A DNA stretch of 63,327 bases, the filler included, from Diploschistes diacapsis (taxonomy: Eukaryota), in the NCBI GenBank assembly GCA_023645945.1. It is 10 parts of 10 records of this genome, joined end to end, with 100 filler letters (N's around TTAATTAATTAA, not from the genome) between each part and the next. Parts side by side here need not be neighbours in the genome. Positions count along the whole stretch, not along the records: positions 1 to 18,445 come from JALAIB010000415.1; positions 18,546 to 36,932 come from JALAIB010000416.1; 8 more parts are not named here. One strand, 5' to 3'. Below the pieces are notes generated by a model that had not been told where the DNA came from, did no database searches, and worked only from the letters and a program-made list of their open reading frames with translations. The position numbers and the translations under genes are program-made. Within the stretch, counting starts at the first letter, position 1; each line of letters opens with the position of its first letter. This document shows positions 13,814 to 29,410 of the stretch, piece by piece.

Positions 13814-15028
13814 CTTTTGTAGATATTTCTAGCGCATTCGTATGGGCTCTGTTGCACCGTGTAAAAGAGGGACATGCATTGTGGGGGCGTTTCTTCAGCT
13901 TGGGTGATGATTGTAATGTGTGTTGGGCCGGCTGCACATCCGGTATAATGAACAAGCCGACGGGTTGTATTCAGGAAGGAATGGATATTGCATTATTAGG
14001 GTTGCTGCCATAGCGCTTGGATATTTGTTGAAAGCATTGAGAGGTTTGGAATTGCTGGAGGCCAAACCGATACTATCAGGTATATACGCAACTATAGGCC
14101 AAGGAACTCAACAATGTCTGTTAAAGACACATCAACCGCCTTTGAACATTGTTGAGACTCTATTTGATCGCACTATATGACCGCTTCGAATGTGCCATCT
14201 GGCCTCTGCTTGAACTAGTGTAGATACTAACAACAGGAACTCAGGAACCCAGGAATCAACAACATTCAGCCCTACCCACCGCCAAAAAAAAAACTTCTAT
14301 AAATTCCTTGCCCATCCCTTCCGTCTCTTCCCTTTTTTCCCACTTCAACACCCTAGTGCAGGGACAATACGCATCTCAGTGAGGAGAAATCCGAGAGTGT
14401 GTTTTTGCTAGTTGAAAACTATTTTTCGACCAGATCCACCTGGCTCCTTCGGGGGTCGGGGTGGTAATTTTTGGAAGCCCTTTTTTCGAGTTTGGATTTT
14501 GAAGAAGATTTAGGAAATTGGGGAGGAAGGAATATATTGGCTGGCTGTGAGGTTGAGGCTGAGCTGGCTTGATGGAGTTTGGTGGGGAGATTGGGTGGGA
14601 GAGGGGCGAGCTTTATATGAAGAGATGTATGTACATTGGATTTGCTTGATATAACTCTTTAAAAGGTCTCTCTAATCTTGCCTATGAGGTGCTGATGTGG
14701 TGGTGGTACGCATAGTAAGGCGGGTCTCACGCATTTGTAGCAGATCGCGCTTTCTACAGGGCTCCCATACCATTAGTACATAGTTGAAGGCATCATATAT
14801 ATATCTCCGAGAGATAACAACGGAGTCATAGATGTCGTTATTCTATGAATTGTGAATATTGTCCTCAGCATATATCCTTCGGGTAGCGTCAGAGCGTGTC
14901 CATCCTGCACGTGCCAGGGAACCAGGGGCTTTGGATGTCAACGCAAAAATGCCCAACCCTTTCCACATGCCAAAATTCCCTATGCCTTTTAAACTTGTTC
15001 ATATTGTCCATTCAATAAGTCACTTTGC

Positions 15029-15058
15029 AAACGCAACGCAACGCAACGCAACGCAACG
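15029..15058. repeat. (AACGC)n pentanucleotide repeat upstream of CPT1/EPT1
   Basis: aacgcaacgcaacgc... visible. Confidence 0.85.
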
Positions 15059-15159
15059 TACTATCTACCTGCCATGGACTGATTTTAGCATCTTTGAGTC
15101 CACTTACCTTCAGCCTCCCCGTAGGCCACGCCCATGCTGCTTAGAACGGAGTTATCAAC

Positions 15160-16709
15160 ATGAGCCGTCATGCAGTGGACAGAGGTAGGCCCCAACACCT
15201 CTTCCAAGGAAGGTTGAGTGTTTGTGCTAATGAGCCATTATGTCCTGTAGACACTGCCGTGAATGAAGGCATCTCCGAAGAGGCCCTTGTGCACCTCAAG
15301 AGCTACAAATACTCTTCCGTAGACAAATCTCCAATATCAAATTATATCTTGAAGCACTACGTCCGCATGCACCGCATATCGTGCGAAAATGTATCATCCT
15401 ATTGACTTCTGCTAGTGGAATGCATGCGTTCAGCTCCTTCCGCTATGGCTTGCACCAAATATGGTGACCCTATTAGGGTTTTTCTTCATCCTTGCAAATG
15501 TACTATTGCTGGAGGTCTATGTGCCTGATCTTGTTGGACCGGTAGGGGAAGCTGGAAGAAAAAGATTGCTCTACTGATACTTTCTCAGGCTCCTTCATGG
15601 GTCTACTTCAGCTTCGCTTTCGGTATTTGGATGTGAGCTACCCGCCCTCAACGTGCCAGCTAGAGTTGATTGCAACTGTAGGTACTCTACCATGGACAAC
15701 ATAGATGGCAAACAGGCTCGAAGAACAGGGCAGTCGAGTCCGTTAGGGGAGCTTTTCGAGTAAGCAGTTTTCGAGCTCTGTCCGTACTTCGGGTGACATG
15801 TAGTAGCCATGGTGTCGATTCTCTGAACTGCACACTTGCGAGTCTTCTGGAGACTGCCTGTGTTGCCCTAGGCCATACACAAAAAGGGGCTTTTACTGCC
15901 TTAGTGCCTTGTCTGCCGATGTTCTTCTCCACGTGGGAGACTTATCACACGCATACGTTGTATCTTGGTTTCTTCAATGGTCCGACCGGTAAGAGCCATT
16001 CCCCGCTCAAGTAGTAATTCACTAAAGCCTCGCAGAGGGCCTTATCATTGCATGCTTGTTCATGACCGTATCCGGGACATTTGGCCCTCAGATATGGCAC
16101 GAGCCGGTTGCAGATTGGCTTGGCTACGCTGATCTACTAGGTAATATGACACCGATGGATATGTGGCTTCCAATGCTACTCACCACTTTCTTCGTGGCTC
16201 ATCTACCAGCCTGCGTTATGAACGTTGTGGAAGCGAGGCGAAAGAATGGTCTTCCGATTGCCCCTATCTTCCTAGAGTGGACACCCATGGTCGCATATGT
16301 AACTGGCTGCTGTGCCTGGCTTGGCTCACCATATACTCACTTGTTAAAGAACGAACACTTGGTTCTTTTTTGCTTCACAATGTCTTTGGTGTTCGGTCGA
16401 ATGACTACCAAGATCATCCTGGCTCATCTGACAAGACAACCCTTCCCTTACTGGACAGTGATGCTCCTGCCTCTCCTCGGCGGCGCTGGCCTTGCCAATC
16501 TACCCTATCTTGGCTACCCACGGGTCAGTGCAGACTTTGAGGCACGATACCTGCGGCTTTACTTTATCTTCGCTTGTATCGTCTACTTTCGCTGGGCGAT
16601 ACTTGTCATCAACTGCATATGCTCTTACCTTGGAATCAACTGCTTGACGATCGCCCCCAGGAAGGATGTTCGGATCCGGGAAGGTGCAGCAGAGAAAAAG
16701 ATCAAATGA
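15160..16709 (+). CDS. sn-1,2-diacylglycerol choline/ethanolamine phosphotransferase (CPT1/EPT1 family), multi-exon
   Basis: [26 protein letters not shown]-alcohol phosphotransferase motif [21 protein letters not shown](D)[29 protein letters not shown]. Several short GT-AG introns. Confidence 0.92.
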
Positions 16710-17180
16710 AATCCGGAGCTCCGAGGAAACGCAACATAGTTGTTGCGACAGGAGGAAGCAGCCGTTCTGTGCACAGAAAACGTCATGCCATTATCTCCGA
16801 GTGTATGCCACTCATTAGGAGCACGAGCTGTACATGAACGGGGAAAACGGTATGTACATAATTAGAACAACAATGTGAGAACATAGCAGCTTTGCGATCC
16901 ATTCACGCTCAGGGGCAGATGCAGATGCCATGACCCGTGGTCGCCGCTGAAGGCTGGAGATTGTTATTAGTAGAATGAATGTACAGTGACGGCAGTCATT
17001 CCTGATGTTTTTTGCAGCAACGAGACACCGCAACTTCCCTATCAACCAGATTCCTGTGGAGTGGGCGCTCCTTTGCCGGATTCACTCGTAACTTCTCCCA
17101 TTTCACGGGGGCCAATCATGCTACAAAGAAATTAATGGCATTTTTTACACCGGTATGAATTTACGTGAAGGTGAGAAGCA

Positions 17181-18445
17181 ATGCCGAGCGACTCTGACGA
17201 AACTTCCCTTCGATCTCCGTTGCGAAAGAACCCTCTCCCCGCAGATTGTGACTCAACTCCGACCATCATCAGTACTTCCGCAGCATCAATGCACCTAGGA
17301 AAGCGAGGACGCCCAAATGCGACAGTAAAAGCCGAGCATGCGGCCTCCAAACGACAGAAAGTACTAGGCACTTTCGATGCGAAACCCGCGCGACAATTGC
17401 CAACCGGAGATCAAGAACCCAAAACCACTCGCAAACATGCCGGCGCCGCCGACCGTGAAGCTGGGCTGCCTGGGGGTCCGCGAGTTACAAGCGCTGTGCA
17501 ACCTCCGCCAAATGGCACCATCACCACAACTCAAACTCTTACCAATGGCGAAGCGCAACCTTTGATACAAGTCACTGCTACGTCTGCCCATACCAATGGT
17601 CCCCAAGAGTCAGATAAGAGGACGCTGCGGTCTCACGATGGCGGCTCACGGTCCAAGAGCGAGTTGGCCCAGTACTTCCCGAACTTTGACGAGATCGTGA
17701 GCAATGAACGGAAAGAAGCCGGTACGTGGAGACCATCATCCAAAGGCTTGTGGGAGCCGCTCCTGACAATGGCGTAGAGCTCTTGACAGGCTCGACGCGC
17801 CTCTACATAACCGAAGAACCCCCGAGATCGCCCACGAACACTAGCACACCAACTTTCGTCCTTTGCTCACCACCACCTCCACCATCACTGCGACGAAGCT
17901 CCATAGCCACCCTTGCTCCCACGTCTCCTCAACCTAAATCCCGTGTGCCAACCCCCATAACCTGTCAAAAACTCGACTTCACTTTGGCCCTTTTCCAACT
18001 CCCATCAACCCACAACGAAGATGGCTCCGACCCGCTCCCTTCCTCCATTTACGCGAAAGCCCACCGCCGGGCCGAAAGGCAAGAAAAGCAACTGCGGAAC
18101 ATTGAAAAAGAGCGCGCCATGCATGAGAAAGTGCAACTGGAGCGGCTGCTGGATGGACTACACGGGCCCGATTGGCTGAGGGTCATGGGAATCAGCGGAA
18201 TCGTAGAGGGGGAGAGAAAGAATTGGGAGGACAAGCGGGTGTATTTCGTAAAGGAGGTGAAGGCGTTGCTAGCCAAATTTAGGCTGTGGAAAGAGGAGGA
18301 GAGAAGGAGGAAAGTGGAGAGAGAGGTCAGCATCAAGGACGAGGAGGAAGAGGAAGATGATGAGGAACATAACACAGGATCGGCCGGAGAAGAAGAAGAA
18401 GACGACGAAGACCAAAGCCAGCCCCCAGCCTCAGCCCCCAAACCC
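17181..18445 (+). CDS. SAS4: SAS4-like (something about silencing) protein; truncated by contig end
   Basis: Intron 17722-17777. DPLPSSIYAKAHRRAERQEKQLRNIEKERAMHEKVQLERLLDGLHGPDWLRVMGIS matches the fungal SAS4 domain as I recall it. Confidence 0.72.
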
Positions 18446-18545
18446 NNNNNNNNNNNNNNNNNNNNNNNNNNNNNNNNNNNNNNNNNNNNTTAATTAATTA
18501 ANNNNNNNNNNNNNNNNNNNNNNNNNNNNNNNNNNNNNNNNNNNN
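18446..18545. other. Artificial contig linker N44-TTAATTAATTAA-N44
   Basis: Same six-frame-stop linker at 36933, 38080, 39226, 40372, 41518, 42664, 43810 and 44956. Confidence 0.97.
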
Positions 18546-19090
18546 CAATATATTTTTAATAAGTTTTCGAAACTAATCTTTTCATGTTGTGTGTGATCTC
18601 TATCTCTAACCAGAGAGACACGAGGTTTAAACTATTTAAATTATTTTATAAATAAGAATTTCGAAGCCTATATAAAAAAAATTAAAAAAAATATTGATAA
18701 AGATGCGCCATCGTTGTTATATAAATTGAAGAACTAGCATGTCCCCGAAGGGATGTAATAGACTACAGATCCCCAAACTTCCTTTAGGTAAGCACAGGGT
18801 GAAGAAAGTGGGGAGGGGGGAGGGGCGGGCTTTGTATTCCTAATCTATTGTACTGGAACTAGGGTATTGGAGGTAGATACCACCTCATCTCAACCCTGAT
18901 TGTATCTGTGTCGAGCGTATTCGATTCATGTCCTCGTCTCTCTGTCCTGACCTCCAATAAGATAATCTTCTCTATCTTGTCGTCAGCTTGACTGTTTGCT
19001 AAATCATGCCGCCACTCTAATACTGAAGGGCAGCTTGACGCCACTTAATGCCGCTTATTCAAACAGGATAATTGACTTCTTACACCCACA

Positions 19091-21718
19091 TCAAAAGAGC
19101 CCCAGAAGATCATCGTCGTTTTGTTTCTGGCCACTGCCACTGCCACTGCCACCACCCATGGAGAGCTGTTCGTGTGCGGGAGGAGGCTGATTGCTTCCGC
19201 TCATATCCAGACTCGCGAATCCGTTGAGAATGTCCTGGTTGCTGTCCGAGAGACCGCTCATGCCTGCTAGACCGCCAACACCGCTACCCATGCTACCCAT
19301 ACCACTGCTCATGCCACCTATGCCACCACCCGTACCGCCCATTTCGGAAAGACCCATCAGATCGTCCATGTTAGTTGGAGGAGGCGGATGAGCCCCATTT
19401 TGTACTGCAGGTGAAGCGACCCTTTGAGGCGTCCCTGCAAGGCCTTCCAGACCTGACATACCTGCCCTTGGTGACTTCTGCGCCGATGCAGGCGCTGCAC
19501 CATCGAAATCGATGTCCAAAAGGTTTTCGATATTGCTTTGAGGCGGCGGAGCATCCCCAGATACCGCCGCCGCAACTGCAGCTGCGGCCAGGGGGTTTTC
19601 TCGAGCGTTTTGTAGTTGCTCCCTCGGTAAGGATTAGCTTGTGCATTCGTAGTACTTGTACAGATCAACATACTCGATGGCAGCTCTTTGCACCGCGTCC
19701 GCACCGTACTTGCCCTGGCCAACAAAGGTCTCGGCTGGCTTGTGGTAGACGGAGGCGAGCGTTGAGATTTCTGTCAGAAGCTGCTCAAGTAAGGTAGGAG
19801 GGAGGGACTGTATTGTAGTATTAATCGGTGGCTTGTGCGATAGCACAACGTTTTGTGCGATCTGAGCATTGCTTGATAGTAATCGCCAGTACACGTAGGC
19901 TCGATCTCGAACGTCAGGGTTATCACTCTCGGCTGTAGCTGATTGAAAGATTCTTTGGACCAGGCCCTGCGCTTGCGAGTCACCTGGCTTTTTCAAGAAA
20001 AGCTTCACCACTGCTGTAAGGATCTGGAGTTGAGTCTTTCTAAAGTTAGCGCCCAAGATTTTCAGTATATCAGGCTCCACAAACCTGCGTAAACTCCTCG
20101 GCAAATACCTCCACGAAACCTGCCAGAATATCTCCGGCATTGCTTATCTTCTCCGCATACTCTCCAACGATCCAGATTAGAGATCCTCGAGCGTTTGGCT
20201 CGTCAAGCTCATCAATGCACTTGCATAAAGTCGGTATAATGCCCTCGTATCCTGGATACTTCCGAAAGATATCTTTAATCACAACAATAGCCTCCTGGAC
20301 TACGTAGTTGACCTTTGTCCCGATCAAGTCAAGCAGCGTGTTGACGCATTTCTCGCTTGCGCTCTCGATCTTAATGGCAACTTGGCCGATTGCCTTGACC
20401 GCTCGCTTGACAATGTCCATGTCAACCTCCAGTGCGTATTCCTTGAGTTCTGCAAGCAGCTGGTCCACGTTCTTATCGTTCGATATCCGGACCATGATTT
20501 CTAGCTTCTCGAATTTGATGTATGAAGGGTCATTGTATTTACAGAAGAATACTCGAAGTTCCTTACTCAATATATCGGGCTGCTTTTGTAGTATAAGGTC
20601 TATGTTTCTGAGGGCAACGTACTGGACTTCGGCGGGAGAGGAGACGAGGGTGACTATTGAAAATTAGGAAGGCAGCGAAGCCTGGATTGATAACGCACTT
20701 ACCTAATGGAGGTGCCATTTTCTTAAGGTAGGTTTTCGAGAGTTCCTGATCGATGTAGCGCATATGTAGGAAGACGACTTTAACGGCGGAAAGTACCACG
20801 CTCGGGTTGGCATGCTGAAATTGAGGCGCAACCCGTTCACAAATATGTTCCGACTCCTTGACGTCCTGAGTTTTGTAGTTGGCCAGCGCCGTGAGGATCG
20901 TTATCCTGCCCCATTCAGTACATTCGTTCAGGGCCATCAACATTTTCTTTAGGGTATGTGGTGTGATTATCAGGGCTTGTGTCGACGGCGCGGCTTCCGT
21001 GATCTCCGTCAAAGCGGTCACGGCATTGGCGACAACCATGGGATTCGGGTCTCCTATGAGCTCCTGTAAAGTCTCCAGAAATCCGTTCTCAAGGCACAAG
21101 CTGGGATTCAGGTCAAAGAGCTTGGCCACGCAGATGGCAGCTGTTTTGCGAACATAGGGCGACTCATCCCGAAGCGTCTTCCGCAAAGGCTCTTCCATGT
21201 AGTCCACCATTTTGTCCACCCTAATGCAACCCATTGTTCTTATGGCCAGGGCACGTATAAGAGGATTCGGGTCCTCGGCATCCTGTACGAATGTATTCAC
21301 AGCAAGAATGCAAAGGTCTGGGTGGGACTTGGCATAGTTCCTGGAACTGTTAGTACTTTAAATGTTGGTGTTGCCCGGGTACGCACATTAGGTAGAGGTA
21401 TACAAGCTTCTTCTGATCCAAATCCCCTGTTGCTATGTTCTTGAGCACATCTGGGAAGAGTGCCGAGACATCTTTGCCGAGGGTCATTGACATAATCGTC
21501 TTCTGGATGGCTTCTTTCCTATAGAGGAATTAGGGACAAGAACGGAGCAGATCGCAACCTTGCTACCTCTCGTAGGCATATTGTGACCTAATAGACACCC
21601 AGTCAGCAAAGGATCTTGTGCTCAAATTACACTATACCCACACCAATCCTGCCCTCAACTCGTAGGTCTCGCCTTTCTTGGGCACCGCAAAGGCGCCTCT
21701 TATCCTGTTGACCGCCAT
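19091..21718 (-). CDS. APL2: AP-1 clathrin adaptor complex beta subunit, multi-exon
   Basis: [81 protein letters not shown]; ends DDLLGLF*. Confidence 0.93.
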
Positions 21719-22843
21719 GTCCTCTGCCTTCGTGTTGGCTGCGACAGCAGTCGCGCCGGTCGAGTTAGACTACTATCTTACGAATCGTGAGCGCTACAAT
21801 GATTTAAGCTTGGATCTGGTAGTGGTGGCCTTGATTCGCTCCTCCGATGCTGCAAGGTGTCAGAGGCAAGGGTCCGCAACTATTGTGTGGACTGAGAGTG
21901 CTTGCAGCGAGGAATCTTGAGCTGTAGAGCGAGAGTAGCTTACAATACCTGATATAAGAGAATCCAATGTAAGTTATCGGCTGCTGTAATAGGATGTAGA
22001 ACTACAGGAGCCATTCTTCGTGGTCTTGGCGATATAGGGGGCCGGTTATTCTGGCTGTTATCTTGGCAGTATGCAAAATGGGTGTACACACTATGAGCAG
22101 CATTTGGGGGAGGATTCGGGGTGAGAGATAGCGCAATATAGAATACATAATGTTTACTCTGGCTAGACAGTATGTAGGTACTTCAATTCCTCTTGGGATA
22201 TACACACAAATCTGAGTAGCTCTGTATTGTCGAGGCGGCTGAGCTTAGCGTCTGTAATCTACCAAAATCAACGGTCACAATAACCGCTACCCGATATAGG
22301 AGGACAAAATTTATAAGGCTATGCATAACAGAGCGTAATCCAGTAGCTCCGATATCCACTTGGGACGAAAAATACATCCCGTCTTGAACCGAAAGTACGT
22401 AAAGTACGTAAAGTACGTTCAGTCACTCACCTTCTATACGCCACTACAAGTTTGTCGCCAATACTCCCAAGCTGTCTGACCTCGATAGCGGGCTCCATAG
22501 CATCTCCATCGGTGCTTCCTGTTATAACGTAATCTTGGTGTGTCACTAAGCCCACGAGATGGTAAAAGTATATCCTCCATCTCAAGTACAGAATGAGTAG
22601 AGTCAGCTGCGCTAAACCTAAACGGGCTTGGTGTAAAGCACCGGCGAGGTACTGAGGAAGCGTGTAGTAAACCAATAAGATTGACTTTCTTTTAATTTTT
22701 CCACATCCCATGGTTGCATATTCAGTTCTGTGAAAATTCCCTATTTATCTCGACATGCTGTAAATATCTAATTGCCTCATTCCCTGATTTTTGAGTATGA
22801 TGCTTCAGCTTGGATTAAAGGCACAATCAACTAGGTTTCCAGA

Positions 22844-23641
22844 ATGCCTCTAGCAGACACTCAATCAAGCGAGAAGTCCCCTCAACCATATTTCTGCTTC
22901 CTTTCTTTACCAACTGAAATACGGATAGAAATATATGAATGTGTTCTCGGAGTCGTGACGGCTACGCGGTTCAAAATAACAATAGATACCGATCAATATG
23001 CATCCTCAGATACAGGCCGCTTGATCCTCCGTTGCGCAAAGCGACCAGAGCTTCATCCGGATCTTGCAATTCTCCGAGTCAACAGACAAACATACGAAGA
23101 AGCACTTCCGCTACTATACGGTCGCTGCGCATTCTATCCTCTAGCGGATGCGGCCATCCTTGCATCATTTTTTGGGCATATGTCAGATTTCGCCCGTTCG
23201 AAGATATTCATGCTACATCTCAGACCCAGGAAACAGAGGATTATACGTCTTGCCGGACCCCGTGCAACACTCTCGCAAGTAAAGCGAGGTCCTTCATGGG
23301 CTCCTGCCTGTGAACAGATTTCCGTGCTTTTTACTGGTCTCAAGGAGCTGCTCATACGTCTAGAACCAGTTCATGGACATGAGCTAGAAAGAGGAGATCA
23401 GCTTGATTGGATAATTCGTCCACTCTCTCAATTGCGAGGGGTAAAGAAGACACTTGTTCCCGTGGGGAGTGCATCGGGAAACAGGACACCTGACATGGTT
23501 GTGACATGGAATGAACTTGTCAAGAAAGCGGACGGTGAGATAGAGGAGTATAGTGCTAGCAGAGAAAGAATTATACAACATAAGGAAGGCTGGCCAAATT
23601 CGTATTGGATGGCAAAGAGAAGCAGGCTACTAAGCTTTTAG
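22844..23641 (+). CDS. Hypothetical protein with N-terminal F-box-like motif
   Basis: Intact 265-aa ORF. FLSLPTEIRIEIYECVL ... AILRVNRQTYEEALPLLYG is typical of fungal F-box-like/2EXR-like proteins. Confidence 0.7.
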   Translation: MPLADTQSSEKSPQPYFCFLSLPTEIRIEIYECVLGVVTATRFKITIDTDQYASSDTGRLILRCAKRPELHPDLAILRVNRQTYEEALPLLYGRCAFYPLADAAILASFFGHMSDFARSKIFMLHLRPRKQRIIRLAGPRATLSQVKRGPSWAPACEQISVLFTGLKELLIRLEPVHGHELERGDQLDWIIRPLSQLRGVKKTLVPVGSASGNRTPDMVVTWNELVKKADGEIEEYSASRERIIQHKEGWPNSYWMAKRSRLLSF

Positions 23642-23728
23642 AAGAATACTGAACCGCCCAAACATCTGATATGTCTGGTCGTCACGAACCTGATTTATAG
23701 AGCATACCTTTCTTGTCCGTCTGGTTTT

Positions 23729-25642
<1,914 letters not shown>

Positions 25643-26060
25643 TTAGGTATAATGCAGTGCTACACCATCAAAGATATTCACGAGCTCCACGGGTATGGCT
25701 CAAGATGAATGCCTGCTTCAAGAACAAGGCAGTGCTCCGTTTAGCGGATCAAGCTGGCCAAAAGAGAGGAAGTTCAGTATCATAGAATTTTGTATTCACA
25801 GGGATCAATCTGAAAAAGCCTTCCGTCCTCATGTGCCACGTCATCTTATTTAGTCTGGCCAATCACTTTCTGCGTGGGATTCATGCACAAGCAAGCCATG
25901 TTTCACTGTTTCAGTAGCGAATATGGTGATACGCCGCAAGGGCATCAAACCGCTCTCGCTAGTCTCCAGTAGGTTGTTATTCCCAATCATTCCGCCTTTC
26001 TCTTCATATTGTATTTTGCTTGTTCCCTCTCTGAACTGATACTATAGCTTCGTTTTCAAA

Positions 26061-28885
26061 ATGGCAGAAGCATTCGCCCTCATCGGACTTGCGTCCGCTC
26101 TTCTTCAGTTTTTGGATTTTGGAACCAAGGTTGTCAGGCGCCTGCGGAACCTGGAGGACGACGTTGCTGAAACCACAAATTACTTCAAAGGTGTCCGTGT
26201 GCGACTTCCCCTAATGCTCGATCTCGTAAAGAAGATCATGCTGCAAATGGAGGCTGGCCTGGTAAGCGACAAATCCAAAGAAGCCATGTATCCGGTAGTT
26301 CAGAGCTGTATCACGCAGGCACAAGAGCTTGACAAACTATTTGATAAAACTTTACCGCAAGCCAAAGATGGCTCTTGGACTCGGGGCAAGAAAGCAGTCT
26401 ATGGTGTTTGGAATGAATCTGAGCTCGAACGAATTGACTCTAGATTAAAATCAAACTTCGAACTGCTCATGCAAGCAGGCACATTCCAAACAGTCAGCCG
26501 TCACGAAGGCTCCAATTCTATCTCATTTGCTCCAACTTTCACTTTATCACCAACTGTTCAGGTCACACTAGCGCAGCAAGAAGGGCATTCAACACCTATG
26601 CTGTGGGAAGATACGGATAAACAAGCAAATACAGGGCAGGCAATATTCATGACTCCTTTTCCACGAGATGCCAATTTTCTTGGCAGACAGGACATAATTG
26701 AGACGGTCTCTGCGATGTTTCGGAGGAGCCAGATTGTAGCCCTCTCCGGTCTAGGCGGAATCGGGTGAGTGCGGGCATTCCCTCGTCTGGCTTGCTGCTT
26801 CTCGAGCCTTGAAGGAGGAACTGACTAAGAAATGTCTGCTAATACGACGTAAACACTTGTCACAGGAAGTCTCAAATAGCTATTGAATACTGCTATATTT
26901 TCAGAGAGGAACATCCTCGCGCTCATATTTTTTGGATATATGGAGCTGATCCGGCCCACTTTGAGCAAGGTTATCAAGATATTGCCAGGAAAACCCGTAT
27001 CCCTGGTTGGGATGATCATAAGACGGATAAGCTAAAGCTTGTGCAAGATTGGCTGCAGAACGAAAAGACGACGGAATGGCTAATGGTTGTGGACAACGCC
27101 GATGACACAGCTATGTTTTATGGTACGAGAACTAGTGGTCCTCGCAGAGATGAGAACGAGTCAAAGTCTTTCGCCCGATTTCTTCCTCAATGCTCCCATG
27201 GCCGGATCCTTATAACGACAAGAGACAGAAGGCTTGGAGACAAACTATCGCAGAGGCAAGGGACTCTTCAGATTCCGCCACTGAACGCAGAGAAATCGAA
27301 AGACCTTTTAAGATCGAAGATTGCTGAAGAAAACTGGTCAGAGGATGATGCGTTGGACCTTGTGGAGAATCTCTCTTTACTGCCATTGGCTATCACTCAA
27401 GCCGCAGCGTTCATCAGCGAGAACAGCCTCACTGTTTCTGAATACCTCGAGATGTTGGTCAGTAAGGAGAGTGATCTGAAGGAGCTCCTAAGCGAACACC
27501 TTGAGGATCCGCGCCGAGATTGGAATTCTGAAAACTCGGTAATTAGAACATGGAAGTTGTCATTTGAACAGATATCAAGGGAATGCCCCCGCGCTGTAGA
27601 AGCGCTGTCGCTTCTTGCGACACTTGATTACCATGGCGCCCCTCGGTCACTTTTGCGAAAGGAGGATGACACGGAGACCGGATTTAGAACTGCGCTTGGC
27701 ACCCTTCAGGCATTTTCGTTGATTACGGTCTCGAAGGGTAAAAGCCCGATCTGTAAAATGCATCCCCTCGTAGCCGTTGCGACGCAGAGGTGGTTGGAAC
27801 TCAGTGGAACCGTTCAATACTGGCAGGCCCTGGCCCTAGATATTTTGGTAACGAGATTTCCTGGCCCAGGACAACAGAGTTTCAGAGATTTTCCAACCAT
27901 GACCATGTTGATGCCCCACACTCACGGGATCTTGACCTGTCAATTTCCGTCGACTAACGATATGCTTTCACAGGCAAGACTTCTCATAGCGACAGCGCTT
28001 TTCGATCTTTCTAGTGCCAGGTATCCAGAAGCATTTGAAAAATGTGAACGTTCTTTGACAATACGAGAGAGGCTGCTCCCTAGCGATCATCCTGAGACAT
28101 TGGATAGTATTCAGACCCTTGGGGAAACGCTTCTGCACCGCGGAGAGCTAAGCGCCGCGAAAAGCATGTTGCAAAGGGCGATTACAGGTAGAGAGAAAAG
28201 TCTCGGTTCCCTTCATGTCGGCACATTAGAGAGCCTAAGCGACGTGACTATTACTCATTTAGAGCTAAACGACTTGGAATCAGCCGAGAAGACAGGACAA
28301 ATGGCCTTAACAGGGAGGGAAGAAGTCCTCGGATGTAATCATCCTGACTACTTGGTCAGCTTGAACATCATGGCCATCTTACACCATCTAAAAGGGGACT
28401 ATAAAAAAGCACTAGAAATCACTACGAGGGTCCTGAATGATAGAGAAATTCGGCTAGGCTACGAGTGTCCAGATACACTGATGACCCTGAACAACCTCGC
28501 TCGATTGAAGTATCAGATGGGAGAATTTAGTTCCGCAGATCAAATGTTGGACACGGTTCTGGCCGGCGAGGAGACGCTGCTTGCTAAAAACGGATATGAC
28601 ATTCAGGTGAGTCTCAGTAACAAGGCTGCTGTATTTGTCGCACAAGAGCGTTTTGAAGATGCAGAGCGCGTTCTTCGTGACGTCCTCGCAATGCGGGAGA
28701 GCTCTTTAGGTCCATCGCACCCGTCGACGCAGTTTACGATCGAAACTTTAGCGGAAGTGCTTGAAAAGAAGGGAGACTCGGAAGGTTTGAAGGGCCTCCG
28801 GAACAGAATGATCAAGCCCGATAAGGGGCAGCGATGGGCGGCAGAGGTCGGTGCGCTCCTTGCTGCCGGGCTACTTTATGACTAG
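26061..28885 (+). CDS. Fungal NLR: HeLo-like/SesA-type N-terminus + NB-ARC + TPR repeats
   Basis: Exons 26061-26764 and 26866-28885. N-terminus MAEAFALIGLASALLQFLDFG; PFPRDANFLGR; P-loop GLGGIG|KSQ split by the intron; Walker B WLMVVDNADD; ILITTRD; LPLAITQAA; MHPLV. Kinesin-light-chain-type TPRs (LPSDHPETL, LGCNHPDYL, LGPSHPST). Confidence 0.92.
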
Positions 28886-29410
28886 ACGGTAGCTGAAGAG
28901 CTAGCTGATCAAGTAAACCGTCGAGGCATGTGAGGGTTGGTGTGTGAGCGGTTGGTGTGTGAGCGCTTGAGGAACGGGCGTTGGATCCCTGCTTTCTCTA
29001 TGCGGGCTGGAGACTGCTGAGTTGTGTGTGCAGCTTCTTTTACATGGGATTGAAGAACGTGAAGCAATATGTCTAGTATATGTCTAGTTCTTGCATACTG
29101 CATAATTGGACAGCAACCACGCTGCCAGTGGTTGCACCTGAGAAGCTCTTTGGGTTTTCTATTCGTGCAGATAGTTTCCTTATTCGACGAATGACATTCA
29201 ATTTGCGCATAAAATATATATCGTAGATTAATGGCACTATGTAACGAGTAGCAAAGAGACAGTGCACTGAGAGCGTGAACAGCAGTTCTGGTAATAGGGC
29301 AGTCAAGAGCAATGCAGGCTAGGAAAGGATTAGTAACATTGACCGTAATAGAATAGACCGTTAATGCTATCAACCCAATGCAAGGTGCTCAATTCTACCC
29401 CGTCACTCTT

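Noticed and set aside
10045..14013. 1322-aa ORF as the true chitin synthase
   Set aside because: Both ends read through introns; the spliced CDS is 9972-13813.
25834..25863. TGCCACGTCA (bZIP-like) plus CCAAT in the PAO/NLR intergenic region
   Set aside because: Single short motifs, unsupported without conservation data.
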